This document shows, piece after piece, positions 11,736-24,000 of a DNA stretch of 64,000 bases; positions within the stretch are counted from its first letter, which is position 1; every line of letters begins with the position of its first letter. The position numbers were made by a program, and so were the translations under genes. The notes under the pieces were generated by a model. It was given only the letters and a program-made list of their open reading frames with translations, searched no databases and was not told the DNA's origin. The DNA comes from Eledone cirrhosa (Eukaryota): positions 434,001 to 498,000 of the forward strand of contig OZ024741.1 of NCBI GenBank assembly GCA_964016885.1, given 5' to 3'.

Positions 11736-13765
11736 ACATGGCTTAGTGGTTAGAGCATTGGCCTTGCAATTTCTTGCGTGACAACTTACTGCAGGCTACT
11801 GATGAAACTTGTGGTTGGGGCAGAGCTTCAACCAGACAGATCTTGACCTGGTGGTGGAACAGCACGGTAGATAGGGCCATTAGAGACAAAAGACTGGCAT
11901 GGAAGGTTTGGGAAAATGGTGGAAGTAAAGAAGGATACACAGCCGCTAAGAGAGAAGCTAGACATCAGGTGTACTTAGCGCGCAGGGAGGCTGAGAGTAG
12001 GAGGTTTACCAATGTTCTGCAACGGGAAGATCAGAGACGTGCGATGTTTCACATTGGAAGGCAGTGTCTCAGTGCGAATCAGGATGTTGTTGGAGATGTG
12101 TGTCCGGAATGATGCCGGTGTACTTAGTGTCACGAATGATCAAAAAAAGGAGGCCTGGAAATGTCATTATGAGAGATTGATGAATGTAGAGAACGAATGG
12201 AAGAGAGAGAAATTACCCTCAGTTGACCCGACAGAGGGACCAGCTATTGAGATTGATGAATATAGGGTACAAGAGGCAATTAAGGAAATGAAGAATGGTA
12301 AGGCTGCTGGACTGTTGGGGATAGTTGCTGAGATACTGAAGGCATCAGAAGTAGGCACTAAACTGGTTGCACGCATCATCAATCAAGCTATATATGGTGG
12401 TGTCATACCCAAAGACTGGTGTAGCAGTATTCTCATAAATTGCTATAAAGGTAAAGGGCATGCTCTAGAGAGGAGCAATTATAGGGGCATAAAGCTGATG
12501 GATCAGGTTATGAAAGTGGCAGAGAGAATATTAGCGCAACTGATTAGAGAAAGGGTCAAATTAGATGAGATGCAGTTTGGTTTTGAAACTAGGTGTAGAG
12601 GAATGACTTGTGAGGACAGTGCAAGCTATGTACAGAGGTGCTGTCAGTAAAGTGAGAGTAGGAATGGAGTTTAGTGAGGAATTCCAGATACAAGTAGGTG
12701 TACATCAGGGTTCGGTCCTCAGCCCGCTCATGTTCATTATGGTCCTCCAAGCCATAACAGAGGAGTTTAAGACTGGATGCCCATGGGAACTTCTCTATGC
12801 TGATCTGGTTCTTATTGCAGAATCAGTAGAGGAGCTAGAGAATAAATTCTGGCTATGAAAACAGCAGTTGGAATCAAGAGGCCTGAGAGTGAACATAACT
12901 AAGACAAAAGTGTTGATAAGTAGAAGAGAGGACAATACTCTGATTCCATCAGGGAAATGGCCATGTTCAATATGTAGGAAATGAACTGACATAAATTCCA
13001 TAAAATGTACGCAATGCAGATCTTGGGTACACAAGAGATGTAGTGGGATAGCAGGCAAACTAACAGGTAGGGAAAACTACGTATGCAGTAAATGTACAGG
13101 GAAAGTTGGCAGTAGTAATCGCAGTGATAGACACTTTTCCAATGCAGGTGGGTTGTATAGAAGTGGTTGATAGCTTCCGGTAACTAGGTGATCAGATTAG
13201 CATGGGGGGGTCCGAGGCTATAGTATCTAGAATAAGGACGGGTTGGAAGAAGTTTAGGGAGCTGCTTCCTCTGTTGACAAAGAAGGGTTTCTCCCTGCAT
13301 ACGAAAAGACGGTTATATAATGCCTGTGTAAGATGCACGATGCTGCATGGTAGTGAGACATGGGCAGCAACTGCAGAGGATCTGCGACGGCTGGAGAGAA
13401 ATGAAGCAAGTATGCTCCATTGGGTGTGCAATGTCAATGTGCGTGAATGACCAAGCATAGACGAGTTGATAAAGAAACTGGATATAAGAGAGATAAGTTG
13501 TGGTGTGCAGGAAAGAAGGCTGAGATGTGATGCGCATGGAGGATGACTGCTGGGTAAAGAAGTGCCAAGAAATCCCAGTAGAAGGAAGACGCAGTAGAGG
13601 TAGACCACAAAAAACGTGGGCGGAGGTGGTGAGAGCAGACCTCAAATTGCTGAAACTCACGGAGGAGATGACGAAGGACCGTGTCAAGTGGAGAGATGCT
13701 CTGCTGAATTGGACCCATCCAACCCTTGCAAGCAGGGAAAAGCGGACGTAAAATGATGATGATGA
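11736..13765 (+). mobile_element. RTE-clade LINE (short-tail lineage), degenerate, preceded by a 35-bp SINE A head fragment
   Basis: WWWNSTV, GKAAG, NYRGIKL, GVHQGSVLSP, WPCSIC, LHGSETW and GRPQKTW; tail cccttgcaagcagggaaaagcggacgtaaaatgatgatg; the SINE head cacatggcttagtggttagagc is at 11736-11770. Confidence 0.88.
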
Positions 13766-14019
13766 TATATAGACATACATGTATATATATATACCTACAG
13801 GGACATATACACACACATATGCATACATACATATACACATGCACACATATATATACACTCACATACACATACAATTGTATTTATTTATTTTTACATACAT
13901 ATCCACGAGTATATATATATATAGGTAGAACACTGGTAGGTAATATCTGTAGTGGTAGAGCACTCAGTCCATGGGACGAGTTAGGTAGAAGTGGTAACAC
14001 AACAGTTAGTTCACCATAC

Positions 14020-14057
14020 CGAGAACAATTGTTTCACCTTAGCGGATCCTCAGCTCG
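14020..14057 (-). ncRNA. Minimal type I hammerhead ribozyme within a probable PLE terminal fragment (~13925-14285)
   Basis: Minus strand: cgag CTGAGGA tccgctaaggt GAAAC aatt GTT ctcg; stem I cgag/ctcg; palindromic stem/loop III aacaattgtt. Confidence 0.65.
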
Positions 14058-14289
14058 TAATGGTCATGGTTATACGAAATAGGAAGAACAAACGTATGAA
14101 CGAGCATGTGCAGAAACTGTCACTTCACCCAAGCGATACAATGCCACGGGCGAAAGGTGTAAGAGAGATAACTGCGAAAGTCCAAAAAGTAGTTCGAGTT
14201 GATAAGAAAATTAGAATGTTGTTGTTATTCAATCCAGAACTTTATAGTTATGTAAGAGGTGTTTCCAGACATGTGGACGTGTGGGGGGA

Positions 14290-15485
14290 TCGGGTCTTCT
14301 GTATTACTGCGTGACGCCAGAGGTCACAGTTGTGTGTCATCGCCTTTGAGAGGTGTAATTGGGTAAGGTCGGCTTTTATCACCTCACCCCAGGTCTTCTT
14401 GGGTCTCCCTACTCCGCGGTTGCCATCGACTTCTAGTTCTCTGCACTTTTTTATGCAGCTATCATCCTTCATACGCATCACATGTCCATACCAACACAAC
14501 CGCCTCTCCTGCACGCAGCATTTGATTCTTCTTATGCTCAGTCTCTCTCTCTCAATTCGTTTATGCTTTGCCATTTGCGTATATTACTATTACACATCCA
14601 TCGTAGCATGCAGGCTTCATTTCTTTCTAATCTCCGCAAATCTTCTACAGACAGTGCCCAGGTCTCACTACCATGTAACATTGCTGTTCGTATACACGCA
14701 TCATACAGTCTGCCTTTCATTTTGAGGGAAAAACCTTTTGCAGCTAGCAGTGGCTGTAGCTCCCTGAACTTCTTCCATCCCGTTCTTACCCTAGTTATTG
14801 TACTTTCCGAATACCCACCTGTGCTGTTAATTCGGTCACCTAGGTAGCATAAGCGGTCTACTGTTTCTACAGAGCCCTCCCAGAGTTTGGTGGTGCTTGT
14901 TTCCTGTGGTCGTTTGCTGCTTGCTGTCCTAGCGCAGCTGCTACATGTGAAGCCTACATTCTTAGTTAAGCTTCCTGAGATCCCGCTATATCTCTTGTGT
15001 ACCCATTGTTTGCATTTGGGGCGGAGAATGGAGTTCCTACCTACACCTTTCCTACATACAGAGCAAGGCTATTTCCCTGAGGGGATCTGGGTTCTGTTTT
15101 CTCGTCTACTTAGAAGGACCTTCGTCTTTGTCAGGTTGACTTTGAGACCCTTTCTTTCTTGTCCCTGCTTCCAAGTTTGGAATTTCTTCTCTAGTTCTAC
15201 CATAGATTCAGCTATAAGTGCGAGGTCATCTGCATACAGGAGTTCCCATGGGCATCCGGTCTTAAACTTCTCCGTTATTGCCTGCAGGACTATGATGAAC
15301 AGGAGAGGGCTAAGAACAGAGCCCTGGTGGACACCGACCTGTACGCTAAATTCCTCGCTATAGTTATTACTAATCCTAATGCTGACTGCTCCCTATACAT
15401 GGCTTGTAGAGCTTTCACAAGCCATTCATCTACTCCTAGTTTTCTAAGAACCCACCAGATTATAACACGAGGAACGCTGTCAAAG
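14290..15485 (-). mobile_element. RTE-clade LINE fragment
   Basis: Minus-strand GVHQGSVLSP, LLYADD, PHD-like Cys cluster, LHGSETW and GRPKKTW; closely similar to 30586-31700. Confidence 0.88.
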
Positions 15486-15509
15486 TTATAGCACGGGGAA
15501 TATATATAT

Positions 15510-15853
15510 ATCATCATCATCATCATCATAATTTTACGTCCGCTTTTTCCTGCTTGCAAGGGTGGGACAGGAACTGATTCTGGCTTGATTTCTCCAGCTG
15601 GATTCCCTTCCTAACACCAACCTCATTTACAGTGAGTGCTGGGTGCCTTTTTGCTGTGGCACCTCCACGACCACTTTGCAGTGGAATGATATGGACCCCA
15701 GTCCCTATCATCTCATTTCTACAGCTGAGTAAACTGGAGCAATGTGAAAGAAAGTGTCTTGCTCAAGGAATCAATACATCACCCGGTCTGAGAATTGAAC
15801 TCACAACCTTTCGATTGCAAGGCCAATGCTCTAACCACTAAGCCATGTGCCTC
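15510..15853 (-). mobile_element. SINE family A, full length
   Basis: Reverse complement of the 42718-43046 copy; tRNA-like head ggaggcacatggcttagtggttagagc. Confidence 0.85.
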
Positions 15854-16388
15854 CATATATATTATACTTGGGGAAGGTCATATTGTTATAGTATTGCCAG
15901 AAATAATAACAGAACATACTCACTGTTTGGCTTAGATTGGTTTTCACTTCTATATCTTTTATATCTCCATAGTTAATTTATCTGGCAATCAATGTTTATC
16001 ATTATCTCTGTTTGTGCATGCATTTGTGTGTGTGTTTCAGGTTTGGTGTGTGTGTTTCATGTTTGGTGTGTGTGTGTTCATGTTTGGTGTGTGTGTTTGT
16101 GTTTGAGTGTATGTGTTTTTGTTTTTGTATTCTATCTTTGTTCACTAATGTATATTTATATGTGTTTGTTGTTATTGTACTTGTGTATATATTTACTTAT
16201 TTATTTACATTTCCCTTAGGTCACTATTGTTTGTTTGGGTATGGTTGTTATTCCTAGATATAGATATATATGTGTGTGTATATATATATATATATAACGA
16301 AGGAAATGTGGTAAGGAGCCAGGTGGACCATAACGCACCAAAGTACTCGATACTTAGGGTAGTAGAGTGGGTAATAGGAACAAGTAAG

Positions 16389-16483
16389 ACCCCGACGGCT
16401 GAGCTCAAGCCGTTTCGACGGCTAATTCTGTACTGAATGAAAAATTAATTCTGGTATTTAAATAGCCGAACTTATCAAGGGGT
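16389..16483 (-). ncRNA. Type I hammerhead ribozyme in the 3' pLTR, U3-A8 variant
   Basis: Minus strand: acccc TTGATAA g..cggcta(long insert)tagccg..c GAAA cggct tgagctc agccg TC ggggt; predicted cleavage after 16394. Confidence 0.8.
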
Positions 16484-17678
16484 AATTCCATATATGGTCA
16501 AAGAGATAATCACCAGGATTGGTCACATCACAAGTTAGTAGTAAATCTGTGATGGCAAGTTGGTGGGGGAAGGGGTAGCTAAACCTGCCAGTAGGAGAAA
16601 AAGGGGAGAGGGGGTGGAGTAGACCCATTCATGCATTGGTAGTGCCAGCTGCAGCTGGGTGTGAGATCAAAGGGGATACTGGGGAGGGGGAGGAGGTCGA
16701 AACGGTAAGTAGAACAATGAAAGGTAAAACTGTAAAAGGTACTGAGAGAGAAAAAAAAATATAAGCAAAATCTGGTTACTAAGACTTAAGTCTCTCGCTA
16801 TTGCTAGGCTGAAGAAATACATAAATAAATAAATAAACAAATAAGTGAATAAAAGAATAGATAAATAGATTTTAAAAAAAAAAAAAAAAGATAAATATAT
16901 ATATATATATATATAATGTAGAATAAAAAAATAAATGATAATAATAGAAATAAACTAGGTGGGACGGAAATAAAGGGACCCTTATACGAGGTATAAGTGC
17001 ATGTATCGTACGGTGACGGGTCAACAAAAGGGGGGCCAGAATACTAAAGAGACTACCACGAAAATAATAAAGGTTTCTACCCCAAACACAGGGCCAGCAA
17101 CCACCCAGTGCAAGAAAGTAAACTAGTACGAGAATATAATTCAGGGTCTCGCAAAAAAATACTAGTGCTAACTCTAAGGGTACCGCCACGAAACAAAAAA
17201 GTCTTATACAAGCTACATGAAAGATCGTACGAAGTAAAAGTAAAGAACAGAAAATTATAACAGGAACACCCCCCCCCCCCCAAAAAAAAAAGGGAAAAAG
17301 AAAAAAGAGATACTGGATAAACGAGAAATTAAAGCCAAGATGCCACTAAGAGATATAGAAGGCACGGAAAAAGGGGACAGCGGTCGGAGAAGGGGGCGAG
17401 TATCCGAAGTCTAACACCTCTGCTATAAAAAGCGGAGTCAGCCACATCTATCATAGAATAGGGGAGGGGGTGGGGGTGCTGAAGCTACAAGGGACCGATG
17501 GGCTACCTCGGGTGGGCGAGAAAAAGACGACGACAAAGAAAGGGAACTGGGGTAGAAGGACTAGGGAGGGATGGGGGAAGGAGGAAATATAGAGGAAGCG
17601 ATAAAAGAATATAAAAGAAGATCTTACGTCTCCATAGGCAAGCAGGGGTTACCCATTACAAAATAGGTAAGTGGGGTG

Positions 17679-19837
17679 TTATAGCCCTAGTCTACCCCCC
17701 GGGTCATTATGGGGTTTGAGGGCGAGGTAAGTCCTACGTAATCGGTGTTTACATGCAGTAACCAGTTCATCTTTCTTGTTTAGGAGTTGGTCCGTCGAAA
17801 ACAGCATTTGTAATGTTTCCTCCGAGCATAAATTGCACGGACGGCGTCCTCCCGTGTAAGAGTTGGCTCTGGACAGTAATTTCCAAGTGAGATCATAGTT
17901 GATGTCCTTGAGGTCCCATATGTGGCCCGAAAGTGTAGTGGCGTGACGCCGGGCCGGGTTTCGGAAGGTATGTCTGTGTTGGTATAGCCGGGTCTTGAAG
18001 TCGCATGCGGTTAATCCTATATAAGCTTTATTGGAGGTGTCCGTGCTCACGTTGCACTGGTAGATCACATTACGGTCTCTGCATCTGTTGTCGAGGGGGC
18101 AACTGGATCTATCAGGACAGTTGCACCTCCTGGTCGGCTCTCCACTGCTATTTAGGTTGTTTCTTCCATCGGGGTTGAGTTTTTTGTTGTTGGAGGAGAC
18201 GATGTTTTGTGCGAAGTTAGGTGTAGTGCTGTAAGAGAGTTTGATGGTATTTTTGTTAATTATGTTGTGGTAGCGGTGTTGTGGTGGGAAGTGTTTTTCA
18301 ATGAGCCTAAAGAAAATTTTCCCGATGGGAGTTGTCACCTCAGCGTTGTGGGGAGGATTGAACCATGTTACATTGTGTGAGTGGTGGTGTCGCCTGCTGG
18401 TTCCGCTAATGGGAGCTGGACAGTAGGATATTTCCTCCCGGAAACCACTCCGCTTGAGGGCCTGGTTGTAGTAAGGCGCATGTTCATCGAATATCTTCTC
18501 ATTAGCTGACAAACGGGATATACGGAGGGAGATGTTTTTGACCAGGTTGTTGGTGATGTTCCTGGGATGGTTAGATCGGCGGTGGATGTAGTGCAGGTTG
18601 TCATTGGGTTTCCTGTATGGGTAGTACAGGTCATTATTGAGATCGAGGGTAACGTCCAGGAAATTAACTCGGGTCAGGGACGTTTGTAGGGTTATTTTAA
18701 ATCCCCAGTCGCGGAAGAAGCTGATTAATTGTTTACGGACCCGATCTGTACTACTGGGGTTGTACCCTTTAAGGGTAAGGAGCCCATCATCACGGTACAA
18801 TCCACCACCGAAAGCAGGAAACATATCGGTGAGTTTGGCTATAAGGAATAATCCTATAAGATCTGTGACCTCCGCCGAATCCATAGCGCCCATGCTGACG
18901 TCGAAGGGTGAGTCAGGAGCTCTTTTTATCCATTTGGAGTTGTCAAAGAGTAAGACTGTCTTCCTGGCGTGGAGGATGATTTTTCTTTCCTGGTCAGTGA
19001 TGGGCACAAGTGCTTCGGCGAAGTCCAAGGCGGCAGTAAGTAGCGGTAAGGTGATGGAAGCATAGTAGCTCTCTATGTCGAACTGGATAAATTTAGTGTC
19101 TCGTTTATCCTCCAAATTGCTGAACCATGAGATAACTTCCTGGGTGTTGATCCATAAGCTAAGTCGGGCGTGTTGCTTGACTTTAGGTATCATGCGGTCT
19201 AGGATTTTTTTGCTGATTCTCCCTATGTCGGACTTCGTTGGGTTTATAAGCCTGATAGATGGTTTACGGTCGAAATCGGATTTGTGGTCCTTCAGTGTGA
19301 AGTAGGGTGTCCGTGGGTCTAGGGGTTCGGTGCGGTCGGCGACCCCGAGGCTGGAGGTAATTTGTTGTCCATCTCGATTAATGTCCTCGATGCATGAGTG
19401 GTTGGCCTTTTTATAGGTGGAGTTTAGGCTGCTCCTGATCAGTGTGTGATATCTGTCGGGGTTGACAAAGTATAGGTTCCCAGTTTTATCCGAATGCACC
19501 ATGATGTCATTGGTGTTATCATACTCTGTTAAGTTGCTACGGAGTTTTTGTAGGAATCGGTTGTGTCTGGGTTTGAATTTAAGGTTCTTGACCAGTTGGA
19601 AGAGGTCATTCTCGAAGGGTGAGAGCGAAGGGTTCGGGGAGAAGATTTGTAGGTAATAAATCCGAATCTCTCCTTGGTACCGAAGTCCTGATTGTCGCAG
19701 AATCTGTCGTAGAAAAAAGTTCTCCATCTAAGTCTTTTCGCAAATAGGTCGATTTTTTGCGTGATCATCCGAAGGTAAAGTTTTTTCGGTGGGATTGGGA
19801 TGTTCTTGGTAGAGAAGTCGATATTGTGTTTTCGCAT
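17679..19837 (-). CDS. PLE protein: RT + CxCx5Cx5C linker + GIY-YIG endonuclease; one -1 frameshift near 19637
   Basis: Starts MRKHNIDFSTKNIPIP...KRLRWR (ATG at 19837), switches frame in a C4 run, then DKT, IRLINP, QFDIESYY, MGAMDSAE, LYRDDGL, FLDVTL, CNCPDRSSCPLDNRC, NVIYQC..YIGLT, CNLC and CKH. Confidence 0.9.
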
Positions 19838-20022
19838 GGTGCAAGTGAAACAAATTGAGCTTAGCGGAAACGTCTGGATACGGCGTGGTAGGGTCGGAAA
19901 GTGCTCTACTACGGGGATAGGAGCTAGATAACGAAGGAAATGTGGTAAGGAACTAGGTGGACCATAACGCACCAAAGTACTCGATACTTAGGGTAGTAGA
20001 GTGGGTAATAGGAACAAGTAAG

Positions 20023-20117
20023 ACCCCGACGGCTGAGCTCAAGCCGTTTCGACGGTTAATTCTGTACTGAATGAAAAATTAATTCTGGTATTTAAATAGC
20101 CGAACTTATCAAGGGGC
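20023..20117 (-). ncRNA. Type I hammerhead ribozyme in the 5' pLTR, U3-A8 variant
   Basis: Same fold as 16389-16483, with gcccc/ggggt stem I and one stem II substitution; predicted cleavage after 20028, ~190 nt upstream of the ATG. Confidence 0.78.
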
Positions 20118-21107
20118 AATTCCATATATGGTCAAAGAGATAATCACCAGGATTGGTCACATCACAAGTTAGTAGTAAATCTGTGATGGTAAGTTGGTGG
20201 GGGAAGGGGTAGCTAAACCTGCCAGTAGGAGAAAAAGGGGAGAGGGGGTGGAGTAGACCCATTCATGCATTGGTAGTGCCAGCTGCAGCTGGGTGTGAGA
20301 TCAAAGGGGATACTGGGGAGGGGGAGGAGGTCGAAACGGTAAGTAGAACAATGAAAGGTAAAACTGTAAAAGGTACTGAGAGAGAAAAAAAAATATAAGC
20401 AAAATCTGGTTACTAAGACTTAAGTCTCTCGCTATTGCTAGGCTGAAGAAATACATAAATAAATAAATAAACAAATAAGTGAATAAAAGAATAGATAAAT
20501 AGATTTTAAAAAAATAATTAAAAAAATAAAAATATATATATATATATAATGTAGAATAAAAAAATAAATGATAATAATAGAAATAAACTAGGTGGGACGG
20601 AAATGAAGGGACCCTTATACGAGGTATAAGTGTGTGTATCGTACGGTGACGGGTCAACAAAAGGGGGGCCAGAATACTAAAGAGACTACCTCGAAAATAA
20701 TAAAGGTTTCTACCCCAAACACAGGGCCAGCAACCACCCAGTGCAAGAAAGTAAACTAGTACGAGAATATAATTCAGGGTCCCGCAAAAAAATACTAGTG
20801 CTAACTCTAAGGGTACCGCCACGAAACAAAAAGTCTTATACAAGCTACATGAAAGATCGTACGAAGTAAAAGTAAAGAACAGAAAATTAATACAGAAACA
20901 CCCCCCCCCCCCCCCCCCCCCACCCACCCACCCCCCAAGGGAAAAAGAAAAAAGAGATACTGGATAAACAAGAAATTAAAGCCAAGATGCCACTAAGAAA
21001 TATAGAAGGCACGGAAAAAGGGGACAGCGGTCGGAGAAGGGGGCGAGTATCCGAAGTCTAACACCTCTGCTATAAAAAGCGGAGTCAGCCACATCTATCA
21101 TAGAATA

Positions 21108-22151
21108 ATATGGTTGTTGAGAGGACATTTATTTTTAACAGGGCAATTACAATTGCGATTAGAGAAATTAAGAGTTATTAACAAGTGACCTAGTGTTATC
21201 TATAGGAGGAATTGGATTGGAGAAGTTATTTACGATAGGAATAATAGTTTCTTGATTTAGAATGGGATTAAGAACATTTAACGAAGTTGCGTTTGACGTT
21301 GTATTTGGATTTGCAGAAATTAGCCTAGAGTTAACAATGACGTCGGGAGTACTATTACTATTATTATGATATTCAGTGTTGGAAGGAAGAGATTTAGTAT
21401 TTAGTATTTTATTGTTGTGTTTTGAGATAATGTTGGAGATGTTGGAGGAGGTTGAATAGGAAAATTTTTTGTGTGTTTGTTAAATATTTTACTATAGATA
21501 TGTGAGGGAGGGAAGCATTTATTTAAGGCATTAAAGAATAATTTAGGAATATTATTAATAGAGATGGAGAAGAGCATTATACCAGATTATGTTTTTGTAT
21601 CTAGGTCTTTTATTAAAGTTATTGGAATGATCATGATTAATTATTCTACTGTAAGATCTTCTAGGATTTGTATCTTTACTGTATTTGATTTTATCAGGAT
21701 AACCGGCTTTAGAAAGCGCGTTATTATAGTAATTGGCGTTAGCATCAAAGATGTTTTTATTAGATGATAGGTTGGATATTCTTTTCCCAATATTACTAAC
21801 TATAGCATTCTTAATATTAGTGGGGTGGTTAGATTTAAAATTAACATAATTTAGATTCTCATTGTTTTTATGGTAAGGGTAATATAGGCCAGTGTCAAGA
21901 TTAAGAGATACATCCAAGAAGTTAGCTAGTTTGATGTTGTTATCAAATTCAATTTTTAAGTTATGTAGGTTGAAGAGATTACGTATATTGTTCTTAATAA
22001 TATTAAGGTTAACTATGTTGCAATTTAAGATAGTAAAAAGGCCATCATCACGATAAATTCCACCGCGAAGTTGAGGAATTTTCCGATTCAAAGAGTTCAA
22101 AGTAAAGATACCAATTAAATCTGTCAATTGGGATGAATCGGATGCACCCAT
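21108..22151 (-). mobile_element. AT-rich Naiad-type PLE fragment (RT motif to linker zinc finger)
   Basis: MGASDSSQLTDLIG, IYRDDGL, FLDVSL, SNHP, and CNCPVKNKCPLNN at ~21110-21160; cut off at the edge of the intact Naiad. Confidence 0.85.
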
Positions 22152-22211
22152 ATATATATATATATATATACTTTATAAATAACAATCAAAGAGTGTTTAA
22201 GAACATTTAAT

Positions 22212-22258
22212 TACTAACGATTGTTTCATCCAAGCACAAGGCTGGAATCATCTGAGTA
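22212..22258 (-). ncRNA. Degenerate minimal hammerhead motif
   Basis: Minus strand: tact CAGATGA ttcca-loop-tggat GAAAC aatc GTT agta. U4 is mutated to A, so it is probably inactive. Confidence 0.45.
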
Positions 22259-22339
22259 CAATTCAAAAGTTAAAACATAGGTAAACTTGTCAAAGAACAT
22301 TCTGGAGATACCACATATGAGAAGAAGGCATACCATCAT

Positions 22340-22585
22340 AATCATCATCGTTTAACGTCCATCTTCCACGCTTGCAAGGGTTTGGACGGGAATTTTCCCA
22401 CTTGAGGCAAGATTGGTTGTCTTGCTCGTGTAGGACTCTCTGGCGGGTTTTCTACGGCTGGATGCCCTTCCTAACACCAACCACGTTTACAGTGTGGACT
22501 GGGAGGTTTTTACCGTGTTACCTACACGGCCACATTACAGCGTGGACTGTGTGCTTTTTTGTCATGACACCTACACGACCTCATT
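22340..22585 (-). mobile_element. RTE 3' UTR tail
   Basis: Reverse complement of the 11215-11445 type tail. Confidence 0.8.
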
Positions 22586-22914
22586 TATAATAATAGATAT
22601 TAACATTGATATAAGAGAGGAAAGCAAGAAGCATATGAAAGCTGCTAGACGCATTAAAAAACTTATAAACAAGCTGGTATAGAGAAAAAATGCTGCTATA
22701 AGGAATTTAAGCATAATGCAAGGCATATAATATAATAATAAATTTACATACAACATAAGCATTACAAAAGTCTATAAAAGCTAGTGCATGGATCAAATAT
22801 AAATTTAAGAGTGCAAAAATACATCTTCCAAGTATATTTTTACTATATTTATAATAAAAAGTTCAACTCCATCTTTCAGTCTTTAGTATATAGATAATCT
22901 ATTATACTTCAAAT

Positions 22915-23480
22915 GTAATAATTGTTTCTACTTTTGGCACAAGGCCCGCAATTACCCAGTGCATTACTGGTACCTTATTTTATCGACCCCATAAGGATGA
23001 AAGGCAAAGTCAACCTCGGCGGGATTTGAACTCAGATCGTTAAGAGACATAACTATGCTGGAAACAAATGTAATAATTGTTTCTACTTTAGGCACAAGGC
23101 CAGCAATTACCCAGTGCATTACTGGTACTTTATTTTATCGACTCCATAAGGATGAAAGGAAACAAATGTAATAATATCAGCTGGGTGTAGTCAGCAAAAT
23201 AAATGTTAAAATGTTGTTCTTATTAATACTTGAGTTTGCCTTTCATCCTTACGAGGTCGATAAATTAAAGTACCAGTAATGCACTGGGTAATTGCTGGCC
23301 TTGTGCCAAAAGTAGAGAGAATTATTAATACTTGAGTATAGAGTTACGGCCCTTTATGATGTAAGTTCAAATCCCGCTGAGGTTATCTTTGCCTTTCATC
23401 CTTATGGGGTCGATAAAATAAAGTACCAGTAATGCACTGGGATAATTGCTGGCCTTGTGCCTAAAGTAGAAACAGTTATT
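22915..23480. mobile_element. Cluster of four 5'-truncated SINE family B copies (two minus, two plus)
   Basis: Diagnostic gcctttcatccttacggggtcgataaaataaagtaccagtaatgcactggg...ggccttgtgcc..aagtagaaacaattatta and its reverse complement. Confidence 0.85.
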
Positions 23481-23905
23481 ATTAATACTTAATCAAACCA
23501 ATCGAAAGGATTAATATTGAGAAAATGACTAGCAAAGTAAGATCCAATATATAGTAGTTGCTATCATCAGAGAAAGGTACCACATATATGAATAGGATGG
23601 AGAGAGTCATATATTAATTATACACAACTCCATCTTAAGATAAAGTATTTTGAAATTCATCAAATAACGGTTGATGGAAAAAAAAAAAGAGAATGAAAGG
23701 GAGGTAATTCATAAATATTTTTTAAAGGAGAGTTACAGATTATTAAATGTTTATTTAGTAAGTCAAGGTATAATAACAACAATAATAAATATTAGGACTA
23801 ATGATTATAGAACTAAAGAATTATTTTTAAAAATTATTAATCATAATTGTAGAATAATATAATATCAAAACTAATAAAATAATTTATAATTTATAGAATT
23901 TATTC

Positions 23906-24000
23906 AAAGGTTCTCAACCCATTTCGGCCCAACACCCCCTTTTGCCCCTCAAAATCACGAAACGCCCCCCTACCCTATTTTTCCATTTTTCAATATACTA
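23906..24000 (+). mobile_element. Possible hAT-type terminal fragment
   Basis: caaaggttctcaaccc resembles the CAGNGGTTCTCAAC hAT/Charlie terminus; I found no partner TIR. Confidence 0.3.

Larger units (their letters stand above)
16294..21107 (-). mobile_element. Near-intact Naiad-type Penelope-like retroelement with two ~1.17-kb direct repeats (pLTRs)
   Basis: Direct repeats 16294-17460 and 19928-21107 with few differences flank an RT + GIY-YIG ORF. Each repeat contains a hammerhead. The 3' end abuts (TA)n. Confidence 0.93.

Noticed and set aside
17679-19837. Selenoprotein-encoding Naiad (in-frame UGA plus SECIS), described for some Naiads
   Set aside because: The linker and GIY-YIG cysteines are ordinary Cys codons here and in the 7564 and 21110 fragments. 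There is no in-frame TGA, and I saw no SECIS-like hairpin.
16872-20927. Hydrophobic ORFs in the pLTRs (16872-17189, 20301-20927)
   Set aside because: T-rich low-complexity strand with non-ATG starts; the frame differs between the two repeat copies.
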